A DNA stretch of 64,000 nucleotides. Origin: Polyangiales bacterium. Lineage in GTDB: Bacteria; Myxococcota_A; Polyangia; Polyangiales; Ga0077539. The stretch covers positions 58,284 through 122,283 of the forward strand of contig JAXLYI010000006.1 in the NCBI GenBank assembly GCA_046351555.1, read 5' to 3'. The notes under the pieces were generated by a model, which saw nothing but the letters and a program-made list of their open reading frames with translations, searched no databases and was not told the origin of the DNA. Within the stretch, counting starts at the first letter, position 1, and each line of letters opens with the position of its first letter. The position numbers and the translations under genes were made by a program. Below are positions 35,626-46,073 of this stretch, in pieces.

Positions 35626-36639
35626 ATGAACCGCGCCGCGCTCGCGCTCCTCCTGACCTCGCTGCTCGCCGCCTGCTCGGGTGAGTTCACCGAGGAGGTC
35701 GACCTCTCGCACCCGACCGTCCCCGAGGACACCGACGCCGACGCCGAGCCGCTCCTCCCCGAGAACGACGGGGCCGACGGCGCGCTCCCCGACGACGCCG
35801 AGGACGCCGACGCGCCCGCCCAGGACGCTGCGGACGCTGCCGACGCTGCCCCCAACGTCACCGCGCTCGCCGACGCCGTGGTTCGTGACGTCGCCGCGAC
35901 CGACGCGCCCGCGCGAACGGACGCCGCCCGCCCCGCAGCCGACGCGCCCGCACCTCCGCCGCCGCCCCCACCGCCGCCTCCCCCTCCACCTCCGCCGCGC
36001 TGCACGGGCTCGGCCTCCGGGCAGTCGTCGATCTGGACGTGCACCGCCGACCGCCGCGCGCGGCAGCGCTGCGTGTCGGGCGCCGTGCAGACCGAGGCGT
36101 GCGCGAACGGCTGCGTCCCCCAGCCCTCCGGCACCAACGACTACTGCGCGACGTCGGGGCTCCCCGCCTGCGCGCACCAGTCGCTGCTCGCGTGGGGCCT
36201 GCACCCGACGGCGTCCGACCACCTGCGCTGCGTGGGCGTCACGGCCTCGCGCATCACCCAGACCATCGGCAACGCCGCGGCCTCCGCGGGGACGCACGCA
36301 CGCGACGGCTACGCCAACGGCCAGCCCTACTCCGCGGCCACCGACATCAGCGTGCGGGGGCTCACGCAGGCGCAGATCCGCTCGCTGATCTCGCGGCTCG
36401 CCGACCACGGCTTCGCCGCGTGGTACCGCTGGCCGGGTCACGACGGCTGGCCGTCGAGCGAGGCGCCCCACATCCACGCGATCTTCGTCGGGTGCGCGAT
36501 GAAGGCGTCGCTCCGCGCGCAGGTGGGCGACTGGCTTGTCGGCCGCAACGGGCTCACCAGCCACACGACGTACACCTTCTTCACGTGGAGCGCGGCGCAG
36601 CGGGCGACGGTGCGCGCGCTCTTCAACCGCTACAACTGA
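35626..36639 (+). CDS. lipoprotein with a 17-residue polyproline tract and a Cys-rich globular C-terminal domain
   Basis: The lipobox is LLTSLLAACSG. An acidic tether precedes APAPPPPPPPPPPPPPPPPR. The C-terminal domain has conserved Cys, His and Trp residues (..PHIHAIFVGC..). Confidence 0.6.
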   Translation: MNRAALALLLTSLLAACSGEFTEEVDLSHPTVPEDTDADAEPLLPENDGADGALPDDAEDADAPAQDAADAADAAPNVTALADAVVRDVAATDAPARTDAARPAADAPAPPPPPPPPPPPPPPPRCTGSASGQSSIWTCTADRRARQRCVSGAVQTEACANGCVPQPSGTNDYCATSGLPACAHQSLLAWGLHPTASDHLRCVGVTASRITQTIGNAAASAGTHARDGYANGQPYSAATDISVRGLTQAQIRSLISRLADHGFAAWYRWPGHDGWPSSEAPHIHAIFVGCAMKASLRAQVGDWLVGRNGLTSHTTYTFFTWSAAQRATVRALFNRYN

Positions 36640-37505
36640 GGGGCCCGCGGCGGCGGGGGCGACGAGGGGCGCACCACCTGGCCCGCGGGCGCGCCGTCGA
36701 TCACCAGCGCCGCGAGCGCGCTCTCGGCCTCGACCACGTGCCGCACGTCGTCGAGGGGCGCGCCGAAGAAGCGCGGGCCGTGCGCGCGGAAGGCCGCGAC
36801 GTCGCCCGTGCAGTGCGCGGTGACGCGGCCCGCCCCGCCGTCGTCGAAGCCCGGGTGCCGCGCGAGCCAGTCGGCGAGGCGCGCGGCCACTTCGGGCCCC
36901 GGGTCGAGCAGCCGCGCGTCGGTGGCGGCCTCGAGCGCCTCGCGCAGGAGCGGGTAGTGCGTGCAGCCGAGGATGATCGCGTCGCAATCGCGGAGGTCGG
37001 CGAGGTAGCGGGCGCAGGCCGCGCGGGCGATGTCGGTCGCCTCCCAGCCCTCCTCGACGATGGGGGCGAGCAGCGGCGCGGCGCGCTGGACGACGTCGCG
37101 GCGCCCGAGCTTGGCGAGCTCGGCGACGAGGGTTCCGCTGGCGACGGTTCGCTGCGTGGCGAGCACGCCGACGCGGCCGCGGGTGGCGCGCGCGGCGGCC
37201 TCGGCGGCGGGGATGGTGACCCCGAGCACGCGGCGGTCGGAGCCGGGGCCGCAGTAGCGCTGCTGGAGGTGCCGCAGGGCGACGCACGACACCGTGTGGC
37301 AGGCAACGACCACGAGCCGGCAGCCCGCGCCGAAGAGGTGCTCGACGCACTGCTCGGCGAAATCGAGAAGCGTGTGGGCGTCGCGCCCGCCGTAGGGCGC
37401 GCGGCCGCTGTCGCCGAGGTAGAGATAGTCGCGCGCGGGGAGCGCGTCGACGAGGTGGCGGAGCACCGTCAGCCCGCCGAAGCCCGAGTCGTAGACGCCG
37501 ATCAT
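36630..37505 (-). CDS. murI: glutamate racemase
   Basis: The N-terminal motif is MIGVYDSGFGGLTVLRHL. The two catalytic Cys contexts are VVACHT and ILGCTHYPLL. Length is 291 aa. Confidence 0.85.
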   Translation of the reverse strand: MIGVYDSGFGGLTVLRHLVDALPARDYLYLGDSGRAPYGGRDAHTLLDFAEQCVEHLFGAGCRLVVVACHTVSCVALRHLQQRYCGPGSDRRVLGVTIPAAEAAARATRGRVGVLATQRTVASGTLVAELAKLGRRDVVQRAAPLLAPIVEEGWEATDIARAACARYLADLRDCDAIILGCTHYPLLREALEAATDARLLDPGPEVAARLADWLARHPGFDDGGAGRVTAHCTGDVAAFRAHGPRFFGAPLDDVRHVVEAESALAALVIDGAPAGQVVRPSSPPPPRAPQL

Positions 37506-37556
37506 GGCGGCGCGGACGCTACCGCCGCCGAGGGAGAGGCGCGAGGGATTCGCGTG

Positions 37557-39488
37557 TCAGAGCTCGATCTGGGTGCCGAGCTCGACCACGCGGTTGGGGG
37601 GGATCTGGAAGAACATGTTGGCCGGCCGCGCGTTGCGCGAGAGGAAGGCGAAGAGGCCCTTGCGCCAGCGGGCCATGCCGGCGCGGCCGGTGGTGAGCAG
37701 GGTCTCGCGGCCGAGGTAGAAGCTCGCGCCCTCGACGTCGACGTCGAGCCCGCGGGCGCGGGCCTCGCGCAGGGCCTCGGGCACGTCGGGGGTCTGCATG
37801 AAGCCGTAGCTGGCCGTCACCTGCCAGAAGCCCTCGCCGAGCTCGCGCAGCGTCACCCGCTCGTCGCGCGACACCTCGGGCACGTGGAGCGTCTGGACGG
37901 AGAGCATCACGACGCGCGCGTGGAGCACCTTGTTGTGCTTGAAGTGGTGCAGGAGCACGGGCGGGGCGCCGTCGGGGTTGGAGGTCATGAAGACGGCGGC
38001 GCCCGGGACGCGGTGGGGCCTCGTCGCGCGCACGTCGTCGAGGAAGAGCTCCATCGGGAGCGTGCTGGCGATGATGTGGCGGCCGAGGGAGGCGCGGCCG
38101 CGCTTCCAGGTGGTCATCACCGCGAACACGCCCGCGGCCACCGCGACGGGGAACCAGCCCCCCTCGCGGAGCTTCACCAGGTTGGCCGCGAGGAAGCCGA
38201 GGTCGAACACCAGGAAGAGCCCGACGAGCGCGGCCCCCTTCCACGCCGGCCACCCCCACTGGCGCGTGAGCTGGAAGAAGAGGATCGACGTGATGCTCAT
38301 CGTGCCGGTGACCGCGATGCCGTAGGCCGCGGCGAGGGCGGTCGACTCGCGGAAGGCGATCACCAGCGCGACGCAGGCCACCATGAGCAGGCTGTTGACC
38401 TCGGGGACGTAGATCTGCCCCTCGGCCTCGCCGGAGGTGTGGACGATGGTGACGCGCGGGCAGTACCCGAGCTGGACGGCCTGCTGGGTGAGCGAGTAGG
38501 CGCCCGAGATGAGCGCCTGCGAGGCGACCACCGTCGCGAAGGTGGCGAGCGCGACCATCGGGAAGACCAGCCAGCCGGAGAGGAGCCCGAAGAAGGGGTT
38601 GGCCCGCACGGCCTCGTCGCCGCCGCGGTCGAGCAGCAGCGCGCCCTGGCCGAGGTAGTTGCAGAGCAGCGACGGCAGCACCACCGCGTACCAGGCGCGG
38701 CGGATGGGGCGCGCGCCGAAGTGGCCCATGTCGGCGTAGAGCGCCTCGCCGCCCGTGATGCAGAGCACCACCGAGCCGAGGAGGAGGAAGCCGTGCTTGC
38801 CGTGCTGCGAGAAGAAGGAGACGGCGTGGGCGGGGTTGACGGCGCCGAGCACCTCGGGGTGGCGCGCGATCCAGGGCAGGCCGGCGGCGGCGATGGCGGC
38901 GAACCACGCGAGCATCGCCGGGCCGAACACGGCGCCGACGCCCGCGGTGCCGCGCTTCTGCACGAGGAAGAGCCCGACGAGGATCGCGACGGTGATCGGC
39001 ACGACGTAGGGGTGGACGCGCGTGGTGGCGACCTCGAGCCCCTCCACCGCGGACAGGACGGAGATCGCGGGCGTGATGACGCCGTCGCCGTAAAGCAGCG
39101 CCGCGCCGAAGAGCCCGAGCGCCACCATCGCGCCGCGCGCGACGCCGCGGGACCCGGGCGCGCCGGGGTCGGCCTTGGGCGTCACCAGCGCGAGGAGCGC
39201 GAGGATGCCGCCCTCGCCGCGGTTGTCCGCGCGCATGATGAAGGTGATGTACTTCACGACGATCACCAGCACGAGCGACCAGACGATGAGGGAGAGGACG
39301 CCGAGGACGTTGGCGGGCGTGGGGTCGACGCCGTGGCCGCGCGCGAAGCACTCCTTGACGGCGTAGAGCGGCGAGGTCCCGATGTCGCCGTACACGACGC
39401 CGAGGGCGCCGAGCGCGAGCCGCGCCACGCCCTCGCCGGCTTGCCCCTGGGGGGCGGCGCCCGTGGCGGGCGCGGTGTGGGTGGACAT
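37557..39488 (-). CDS. kup: KUP/HAK/KT-family potassium uptake transporter
   Basis: The N-terminal signature LALGALGVVYGDIGTSPLYA is followed by 12 TM helices and a cytoplasmic C-terminal domain. Length is 643 aa. Confidence 0.9.
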   Translation of the reverse strand: MSTHTAPATGAAPQGQAGEGVARLALGALGVVYGDIGTSPLYAVKECFARGHGVDPTPANVLGVLSLIVWSLVLVIVVKYITFIMRADNRGEGGILALLALVTPKADPGAPGSRGVARGAMVALGLFGAALLYGDGVITPAISVLSAVEGLEVATTRVHPYVVPITVAILVGLFLVQKRGTAGVGAVFGPAMLAWFAAIAAAGLPWIARHPEVLGAVNPAHAVSFFSQHGKHGFLLLGSVVLCITGGEALYADMGHFGARPIRRAWYAVVLPSLLCNYLGQGALLLDRGGDEAVRANPFFGLLSGWLVFPMVALATFATVVASQALISGAYSLTQQAVQLGYCPRVTIVHTSGEAEGQIYVPEVNSLLMVACVALVIAFRESTALAAAYGIAVTGTMSITSILFFQLTRQWGWPAWKGAALVGLFLVFDLGFLAANLVKLREGGWFPVAVAAGVFAVMTTWKRGRASLGRHIIASTLPMELFLDDVRATRPHRVPGAAVFMTSNPDGAPPVLLHHFKHNKVLHARVVMLSVQTLHVPEVSRDERVTLRELGEGFWQVTASYGFMQTPDVPEALREARARGLDVDVEGASFYLGRETLLTTGRAGMARWRKGLFAFLSRNARPANMFFQIPPNRVVELGTQIEL

Positions 39489-39559
39489 GACGGGCGGTGG
39501 TGTACCCGCGGCCGCATCAAGGGGCCGTCAAGGTTGCGCCCGGGCGCATCAAGAATGCG

Positions 39560-40257
<698 letters not shown>

Positions 40258-40261
<4 letters not shown>

Positions 40262-41400
40262 GGCGCGTCTCCTTCGGGGGGCAGCGAGGGCCCGGGGCCG
40301 CTCGGCGGGAGGGTGAGCGCGAAGGTGGCGCCGCCGCCCTCGCGACGTCGCGCGGCGAGCGCGCCGCCGTGGGCCTGGGCGATGCCGCGCGCGATGGCGA
40401 GGCCGAGCCCGACGCCGCCGCCGCCCGTGTGGAAGAAGCGTTCGAAGACGCGGGCCTCGGCGCCCTCGGGGAGCCCGGGGCCGCGGTCGGAGACCTCCAC
40501 CTCGACGCCGCCGTCGGGCAGCGCGCGGGCGGCGAGGTCGAGCGGGCTGGTGTGTGGTGTGTGGCGCGTGGCGTTGTCGAGGAGGTTGAAGAAGAGCTGC
40601 TCGAGGAGCACCGGGTCGACCGAGACGAGCGGGAGGTCGTCGGGGATCGCGACGCGCACGAACCGCCCGGCGAGCTTCGCGTCGAGGCGGGTGAGGGCCG
40701 AGCCCACGACCTCTTCGAGCGGGACCCACTCGCGGCGCACGGTGACGGCGCCCGACTCGAGGCGGGTCATGTCGAGGAGGTTGGCGATGAGGCGCTCCAT
40801 GCGCTCGGCCTCCTCGCAGATGGTAACGACCATCTCGTCGCGCTGGGCGGGGGCGAGGCCCGCGGCGTCGTCGCGGAGGGTGGTGGCGGCGCCGGTGATG
40901 GCGGCGAGGGGCGTGCGGAGGTCGTGCGAGACGGCGCTGAGGAGCGTGCTGCGGAGCTTCTCGGCCTGGGCCTCGACGGCGGCGGCGCGGGCCTCTTCGG
41001 CGAGGCGGGCGCGCTCGGCGGAGAGGGCGGCGGTGCGGGCCTCGCGGGCGTGGGCTTCGGCCTCGCTTCGGCGGAGGCGCAGGGTGAGCGCGGCGATGAC
41101 CTGGCCGATGACGAACATCGCGGCGAAGGTGACGAGGTGGCGCGGGTCGTCGACGGCGAAGGTGAAGCGGGGCGTGATGAAGAAGAAGTCGTAGGTGGCG
41201 ACGGAGAGGGCCGCGGCGAGCACCGAGGCGCCGCGGCCGAAGCGCGCGGCGGCGGCGACGATCACGAGGAGGTAGACCATCGCGGTGTCGGGCAGCGCGA
41301 GCCACGGGTGGGCGAGCCACGAGACGGCCGTGGCGAGCGCGACGAGGGCGGCGGCCTGCGGGTAGACGCTCCAGTGCGCGCGGGCGGGGGCGTCGCTCAT
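40258..41400 (-). CDS. sensor histidine kinase with a KdpD-type C-terminal module only (DUF4118-like membrane domain + HisKA + HATPase); the N-terminal KdpD/Usp sensing domains are absent
   Basis: Four N-terminal TM helices end with the conserved KdpD segment ...ATYDFFFI.PR.TF. The H-box is LLSAVSHDLRTPLAAI. The G-boxes are DRGPGLP...GGGVGLGLAIARGI. Only 380 aa, against about 890 for full KdpD. Confidence 0.75.
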
Positions 41401-41672
41401 CGCGGGGGATCATCGCGGCGGCGGAGCCCGCGCTCAACCGTGAAGAGCCGCCGGATGGAGAAGAAGGCGAGCAGCCCGAGGGTGCAGGTCTCCGCGTCCC
41501 ACGGCCCGCGCGCGAGGGCCACCGCGCCCACCCGCAGCGCCCCCACCAGCGCGAGGAACCACAGCAGCGCCCGCTCGTCGAGCGCGTCGTCCGGCGGCGG
41601 CGGTGGCGGAGGCGCGGGCGGCGGCGGGGCGTCGCGGTAGGGGGCGGTGGGTCGGTCGGGCGGCGCGTCCAT
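41397..41672 (-). CDS. small Pro-rich membrane protein (two predicted TM helices), overlapping the kinase start
   Basis: 91-aa ORF with a 4-bp overlap with the kinase start. The hydrophobic segments are LLWFLALVGALRVGAVALA and LGLLAFFSI. Confidence 0.3.
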   Translation of the reverse strand: MDAPPDRPTAPYRDAPPPPAPPPPPPPDDALDERALLWFLALVGALRVGAVALARGPWDAETCTLGLLAFFSIRRLFTVERGLRRRDDPPR

Positions 41673-41785
41673 GGCGCGGTGAGGGGTACGGCGCGGGGCA
41701 TCAAGAGGGGCTCAATTCGGCCCGCCGCCACGTCAAAAAGGCGTATAGGCGGCCGAGCGCGCAGTGGGGGTAGGATGCGCTCGCC

Positions 41786-42937
41786 ATGAGCCATCCGCTG
41801 CGTGTTCAGTTCATCCACGGCCTGGAGAGCAACCCCCAGGGGGCGAAGGCCCGCTTCCTCGCGGCCCGCTTCGAAGCGCTCACGCCGGCGATGGACACCC
41901 GCGACCTCGAGGGCTCGATCGCGACGCAGGCCGCCGCGCTCGCCGCCTTCCGCCCCGACGTGCTGGTGGGCTCGTCGTACGGGGGCGCGGTGGCCGTCGC
42001 GCTGCTCGCGCGCGGCGCGTGGCGCGGGCCCACGGTGCTCCTCGCGCCCGCGGCGGCGCGGCTCGGCATCCACGACCCGCTCCCGGGCGACGTCACCGTC
42101 ACGGTGGCGCACGGCGTCGACGACGACATCGTGCCCCCTGCGCACAGCCGCGCGCTGGTCGAGGGGACGTCGCCCGCGCGCGTGAAGCTCGTCGAGGTGG
42201 CCGACGGGCACCGGCTCCAGTCGCTGGTCGACACCGGCGCGCTGGCCGCGCTCGTCGAGGAGACGTATGCGCGCTCCCACGCACCGCTCCCGCACGGGGC
42301 GCGGCTGCGCATCGACGACGCGCCGCTGGCCGAGCCCTTCTGCTACCTGTCGCGCCGGCAGGCGGCGTGGTGCGAGGGCGCGTCGCTCGGCGAGCTCGCG
42401 CCGAACCTGCCGTGCTGGGCGCCGCAGGGCCTGGTGTCGGCGGCGGCGTTCGGCGCCGAGGCCGCGCGCACGGTCGACGCGGTGACGGCGCGGCACGGGC
42501 CGTGGGCGTGGGCGACGGAGTTCTCCAACGTGCACGCGACCTTCGCGTTCGACGAGCCGGGATTCGAAGTGGACGGCGCGCGCTACGCCAGCGTGGAGCA
42601 CTACTTCCAGGGCGCCAAATCGCTCGGGACGCCAGACCACGCCGCCGCCCTTCGCGCGCTCGCGGCCGACCCGTCGCCCGCGTCGGCCTTCCGCGTGGGC
42701 CGGACGCACGCGGTCCGCGCCGACTGGGAGGCGGCGAAGCGCGGGGTGATGCGGGCGGCGGTGGGGGCGAAGTTCGCGCAGGACCCGGGGCTCCGCGCGC
42801 TGCTGTTGTCGACGGGGGAGGTGCCACTGGTGCAGCTCAAGCCGGGCGACGCGTACTGGGGGACGGGGCCCGACGGCCGCGGCGCCAACGCGCTCGGCGA
42901 GGTGGTGATGGAGGTGCGGTCGGCGTTGCGGCGGTGA
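41786..42937 (+). CDS. fusion protein: N-terminal YqiA-like alpha/beta-hydrolase (esterase) + C-terminal NADAR (YbiA-like, DUF1768) domain
   Basis: The N-terminal triad is GSSYGG (GxSxG), DDDIV and DGHRL. The C-terminus has the NADAR signatures ..YASVEHYFQGAKS.. and ..GDAYWGTG... Length is 383 aa. Confidence 0.65.
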   Translation: MSHPLRVQFIHGLESNPQGAKARFLAARFEALTPAMDTRDLEGSIATQAAALAAFRPDVLVGSSYGGAVAVALLARGAWRGPTVLLAPAAARLGIHDPLPGDVTVTVAHGVDDDIVPPAHSRALVEGTSPARVKLVEVADGHRLQSLVDTGALAALVEETYARSHAPLPHGARLRIDDAPLAEPFCYLSRRQAAWCEGASLGELAPNLPCWAPQGLVSAAAFGAEAARTVDAVTARHGPWAWATEFSNVHATFAFDEPGFEVDGARYASVEHYFQGAKSLGTPDHAAALRALAADPSPASAFRVGRTHAVRADWEAAKRGVMRAAVGAKFAQDPGLRALLLSTGEVPLVQLKPGDAYWGTGPDGRGANALGEVVMEVRSALRR

Positions 42938-42947
42938 GCGCGGGCGC

Positions 42948-44075
42948 CTACTCGAAGAAGCTCGCGAGCCCGCGGGCGCCGTCGGAGGCGCGTTGGGCCT
43001 GCCGCAACCCCGCGCGGATCGACGGGTCGACCGTCTGGCCCTGCACGGTCGCGTGGTAGCGGATGAGCAGCATCGCGAGCGAGACGGGCTCGAGGAAGGC
43101 CGAGCGCACGAACCACGTCGCGAGCCATGCGATGGGCCCGCCGACGAGCACCGCGGCGAAGGCGCCGGCGATGAGCCCCGCGGCCTGCGCGCCCTCGGCC
43201 GGAACGCCCGAGGAGGACGCCGCCGAGGTGGCCGCGGCGGCGACGGCCGCGAAGGCGACCGCGCCGAAGAGCGCGAGCGTCACGCCGCCCACGAGCGACC
43301 CGAGCGCGCGCTCGAAGAGCCAGCCCTTGACGGCCGCGCCAAGCAGGGGGCGGGGGTTCTGCGCGACGAGGGTGACGGCGTCGTCGGAGGCCGCGGTGGG
43401 GTCGGGGGCGTTGACCGCGAGCGCGTGGGAGAGCGCGACGTCGGCGACGTGGGGCGCGACGCGGTCGACGAGCCAGCCGAGCGCCGAGCGCGCGGGGCCG
43501 ACGTCGAGGGGGAGCACGTCGCCGAGGCGGTCGAAGGTGCGGAAGAACGAGCTCACCGTGCGGCGCACCTCCATGTGGGCGTCGTAGGCGGGGCCGGCGA
43601 GGTCGCCGAAGCGCCCCGCGAGGAAGCGCTGCGCGGCCTCGGCGGTGCCGGTCTGCGGGATCGCGCTCCGCCGCAGGAGCGCCTCGGTCACGAGGAAGGT
43701 GAACGCGCAGCGCATCGCGAAGAAGCGCCGCTCGACGTACGGAACGAGCCCGAGCGCGACGCCGAGGCACAGCGCGAGGAAGGCCACGCCGCCGACGGCC
43801 TTGTGCACGAGCGCCGAGAGCGCCGCGCTGACGACGACGCCGCCGAGCAGCGCGCCGCCGAGCAGCGCGCTCAGGCCCGCCACGGCCACCGCGCGGTCGC
43901 GGGGGTAGCTCCCGGTCTGCCGGACGAGCCGCGCGGCCGCGGAGAACGACGCCTCCGTCTCCGCGAGCGGCATGCGCGGCACGGTCGTCGTCGGCTGCGG
44001 GGCGTAGGCGGGCTGCTGCTGGAGATACGCGGGCTGCTGGGGATACGCGGGCGGCTGCGGGGGGTAGGCGTACAT
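42948..44075 (-). CDS. membrane protein with a Pro/Gln/Tyr-rich N-terminus, function unknown
   Basis: The N-terminus MYAYPPQPPAYPQQPAYLQQQPAYAPQP is low-complexity. Several TM helices follow. Confidence 0.45.
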   Translation of the reverse strand: MYAYPPQPPAYPQQPAYLQQQPAYAPQPTTTVPRMPLAETEASFSAAARLVRQTGSYPRDRAVAVAGLSALLGGALLGGVVVSAALSALVHKAVGGVAFLALCLGVALGLVPYVERRFFAMRCAFTFLVTEALLRRSAIPQTGTAEAAQRFLAGRFGDLAGPAYDAHMEVRRTVSSFFRTFDRLGDVLPLDVGPARSALGWLVDRVAPHVADVALSHALAVNAPDPTAASDDAVTLVAQNPRPLLGAAVKGWLFERALGSLVGGVTLALFGAVAFAAVAAAATSAASSSGVPAEGAQAAGLIAGAFAAVLVGGPIAWLATWFVRSAFLEPVSLAMLLIRYHATVQGQTVDPSIRAGLRQAQRASDGARGLASFFE

Positions 44076-44226
44076 CGTTGTTGACCTCCGGCGGGTACGC
44101 TCCGCACGCGCCATGCCGCACGGCGAAACGCGCGACGCGGCGAGGTGCGTTCGCGCGGCGATGTCCCGTTCGCGCGAAGGCTCGCGCGGGTTGCGCGGCG
44201 CGCTTCACAACGCAGCTTCGGGCGCG

Positions 44227-45171
44227 CTACAGCGTGCCGAAGGCGCCGAAGCCGACGGTGGTGGCGGCGCCGTTGCGTTCGAAGGTGGGCGCGAAGGAGA
44301 CGCCGCCGCCACCGTCCTCGGCGGGCGCGGTGTCGCGCGACGAGCGGCTGAGCGCGTAGCCGAAGGCCGCACCGCCGAGCACGCCCGCGAGGCCCACCGC
44401 GGAGACGCGGACCCACGCATCCTGGGTGGTGACGCCGTCGCGGAGCTGATACGCGAGGAGGAGGCCCGCCGCGGGGAGCACGCCCGCGATGCCGCCGGCC
44501 GCCATCGCGCGCATCTCGCGCTGCGGGGGGTTGGCCCACCACGCGGTGGCGAGCGTGGCGACGGTGCCGACCCCGAGGCCGGTGAGCGCCCACGCGCCCA
44601 CGTCGGTGCTGCAGCGCGCGAGGCCGCAGGAGAAGAGCCCGACGAGCGCGCCGCCGACGCCGCCGATGCCGACGTACACGGCCTGGCCGGGCTTCACGTC
44701 GAGGAGGTGCCCGAGCGCGACGCCCGCGGCGAGCCCCACGGTGGCCCCGACCCACGAGATCGGCGCGGTGAACGTCTCGGGCGACGGGAACGACTCGCCG
44801 CGTCGGTAGAGTTCGAACGCGAATGTGCCCACCTGGCCGAGGAGCATCGCGGTGCCAGCGGAGAGCCCGCGCCCGCGGCGCATGGGGAAGCGGCGCTCGA
44901 TGAGGACGGCGCCCACCAGGCTCGCGGCGCCGAGGAGGCTCGGGGCGACCCAGTAGGCCCACGAGTCGTCGGCGCGCAGGTCGAGCGCGTAGTTGAGCAT
45001 CGTGCCCGAGCGGAAGCCGTAGGTGCCCGCCGTGAGCATCAGCGCGCCGAGCTCGTCGTTGCCGCGGCGGTCGGGGACGCGGCGGCCCGAGGCGTCGTAG
45101 CGCGCCTGCGCCCCGGCCCACGACGGCGCCGCGGCGGCGAGCGCGCAAGCGAGCGCGACGGCCCCCTTCAC
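44227..45171 (-). CDS. Gly/Ala-rich membrane or secreted protein, function unknown
   Basis: The GTG start overlaps the uppP stop (GTGA). A signal-like VKGAVALACALAAAAPSWAGA is followed by hydrophobic Gly-rich segments. Confidence 0.4.
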   Translation of the reverse strand: MKGAVALACALAAAAPSWAGAQARYDASGRRVPDRRGNDELGALMLTAGTYGFRSGTMLNYALDLRADDSWAYWVAPSLLGAASLVGAVLIERRFPMRRGRGLSAGTAMLLGQVGTFAFELYRRGESFPSPETFTAPISWVGATVGLAAGVALGHLLDVKPGQAVYVGIGGVGGALVGLFSCGLARCSTDVGAWALTGLGVGTVATLATAWWANPPQREMRAMAAGGIAGVLPAAGLLLAYQLRDGVTTQDAWVRVSAVGLAGVLGGAAFGYALSRSSRDTAPAEDGGGGVSFAPTFERNGAATTVGFGAFGTL

Positions 45172-45989
45172 GGCGCGATCACCCGCGCGGCGAGGAGCGC
45201 CATCACGACGCCGGCGAGGGCGACGCGGTACCAGCCGAACACGGCCATCCCGCGGCGCTGGAGGTGCGACACCATCCAGCGGACCGACGCCGCCGCGGCG
45301 ATCGCTGCGAGGGCGAGGCCGAGGGCGAGGTCGCGCGGGCCGATGGCGGCCATCATCGCGGGGCCGCTCTTGAGGGTTTTGTAGCCCGCGGCCGCGGCGA
45401 GCGTGAGGAGCCCGAGCAGGAAGCTGAACTCCACCGCGGCGGTGAGTTCGAGGCCCACGAGGAGCCCGCCGACGATGGCGGCGAGGCTGCGCGAGGTGCC
45501 GGGCCAGAGGGCCGCGCACTGGGCGAGCCCGACGAGCGCGGCCTGCCCCGGGGTGAGCGCGTCGAGGCCCTTCGCGCCGGCCGCGCGGTCGCGGAGGAGG
45601 CGCGGGAGCGCGAGGAGCGCGACGCCCCCGACGAGCCACGCGGCTGCCACGGGCCACAGGCCGAAGAGCACGCGCTCGATCGGGTCGTTGAAGAGCTTGC
45701 CGAGGACGGCCGCGGGGACGAAGGCGACGGCGAGGTTGATGAGCAGACGGCGGCCGGCTTCGTCGCGCCCGGCGAGGCCGCGGAGCATCCGCGCGATGTG
45801 CCCGCGGTAGAGCCCGAGCACCGCGGCGATGGCGCCGACCTGGATGACGATCGCGTAGGCGCGCGTGGCCTCGGTGGAGGGCATCCCGAGCAGGCGCTGC
45901 GTCAAGAGCAGGTGCCCCGTCGAGCTCACGGGGAGGAACTCCGTCAGCCCCTCGACGACGCCCAGGATGATTGCCTGCCACCACTCCAT
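45168..45989 (-). CDS. uppP: undecaprenyl-diphosphate phosphatase
   Basis: The BacA/UppP signatures are MEWWQAIILGVVEGLTEFLPVSSTGHL and PGTSRS. Eight TM helices. Length is 273 aa. Confidence 0.9.
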   Translation of the reverse strand: MEWWQAIILGVVEGLTEFLPVSSTGHLLLTQRLLGMPSTEATRAYAIVIQVGAIAAVLGLYRGHIARMLRGLAGRDEAGRRLLINLAVAFVPAAVLGKLFNDPIERVLFGLWPVAAAWLVGGVALLALPRLLRDRAAGAKGLDALTPGQAALVGLAQCAALWPGTSRSLAAIVGGLLVGLELTAAVEFSFLLGLLTLAAAAGYKTLKSGPAMMAAIGPRDLALGLALAAIAAAASVRWMVSHLQRRGMAVFGWYRVALAGVVMALLAARVIAP

Positions 45990-46073
45990 GTTCGCCGCCG
46001 GGAGGTTCTACCCGAAGGCGCCGGGGAAGTGTCTCGCAATCCGAGGGGCGTTCGAACTACGCTCGCGGGCGCC

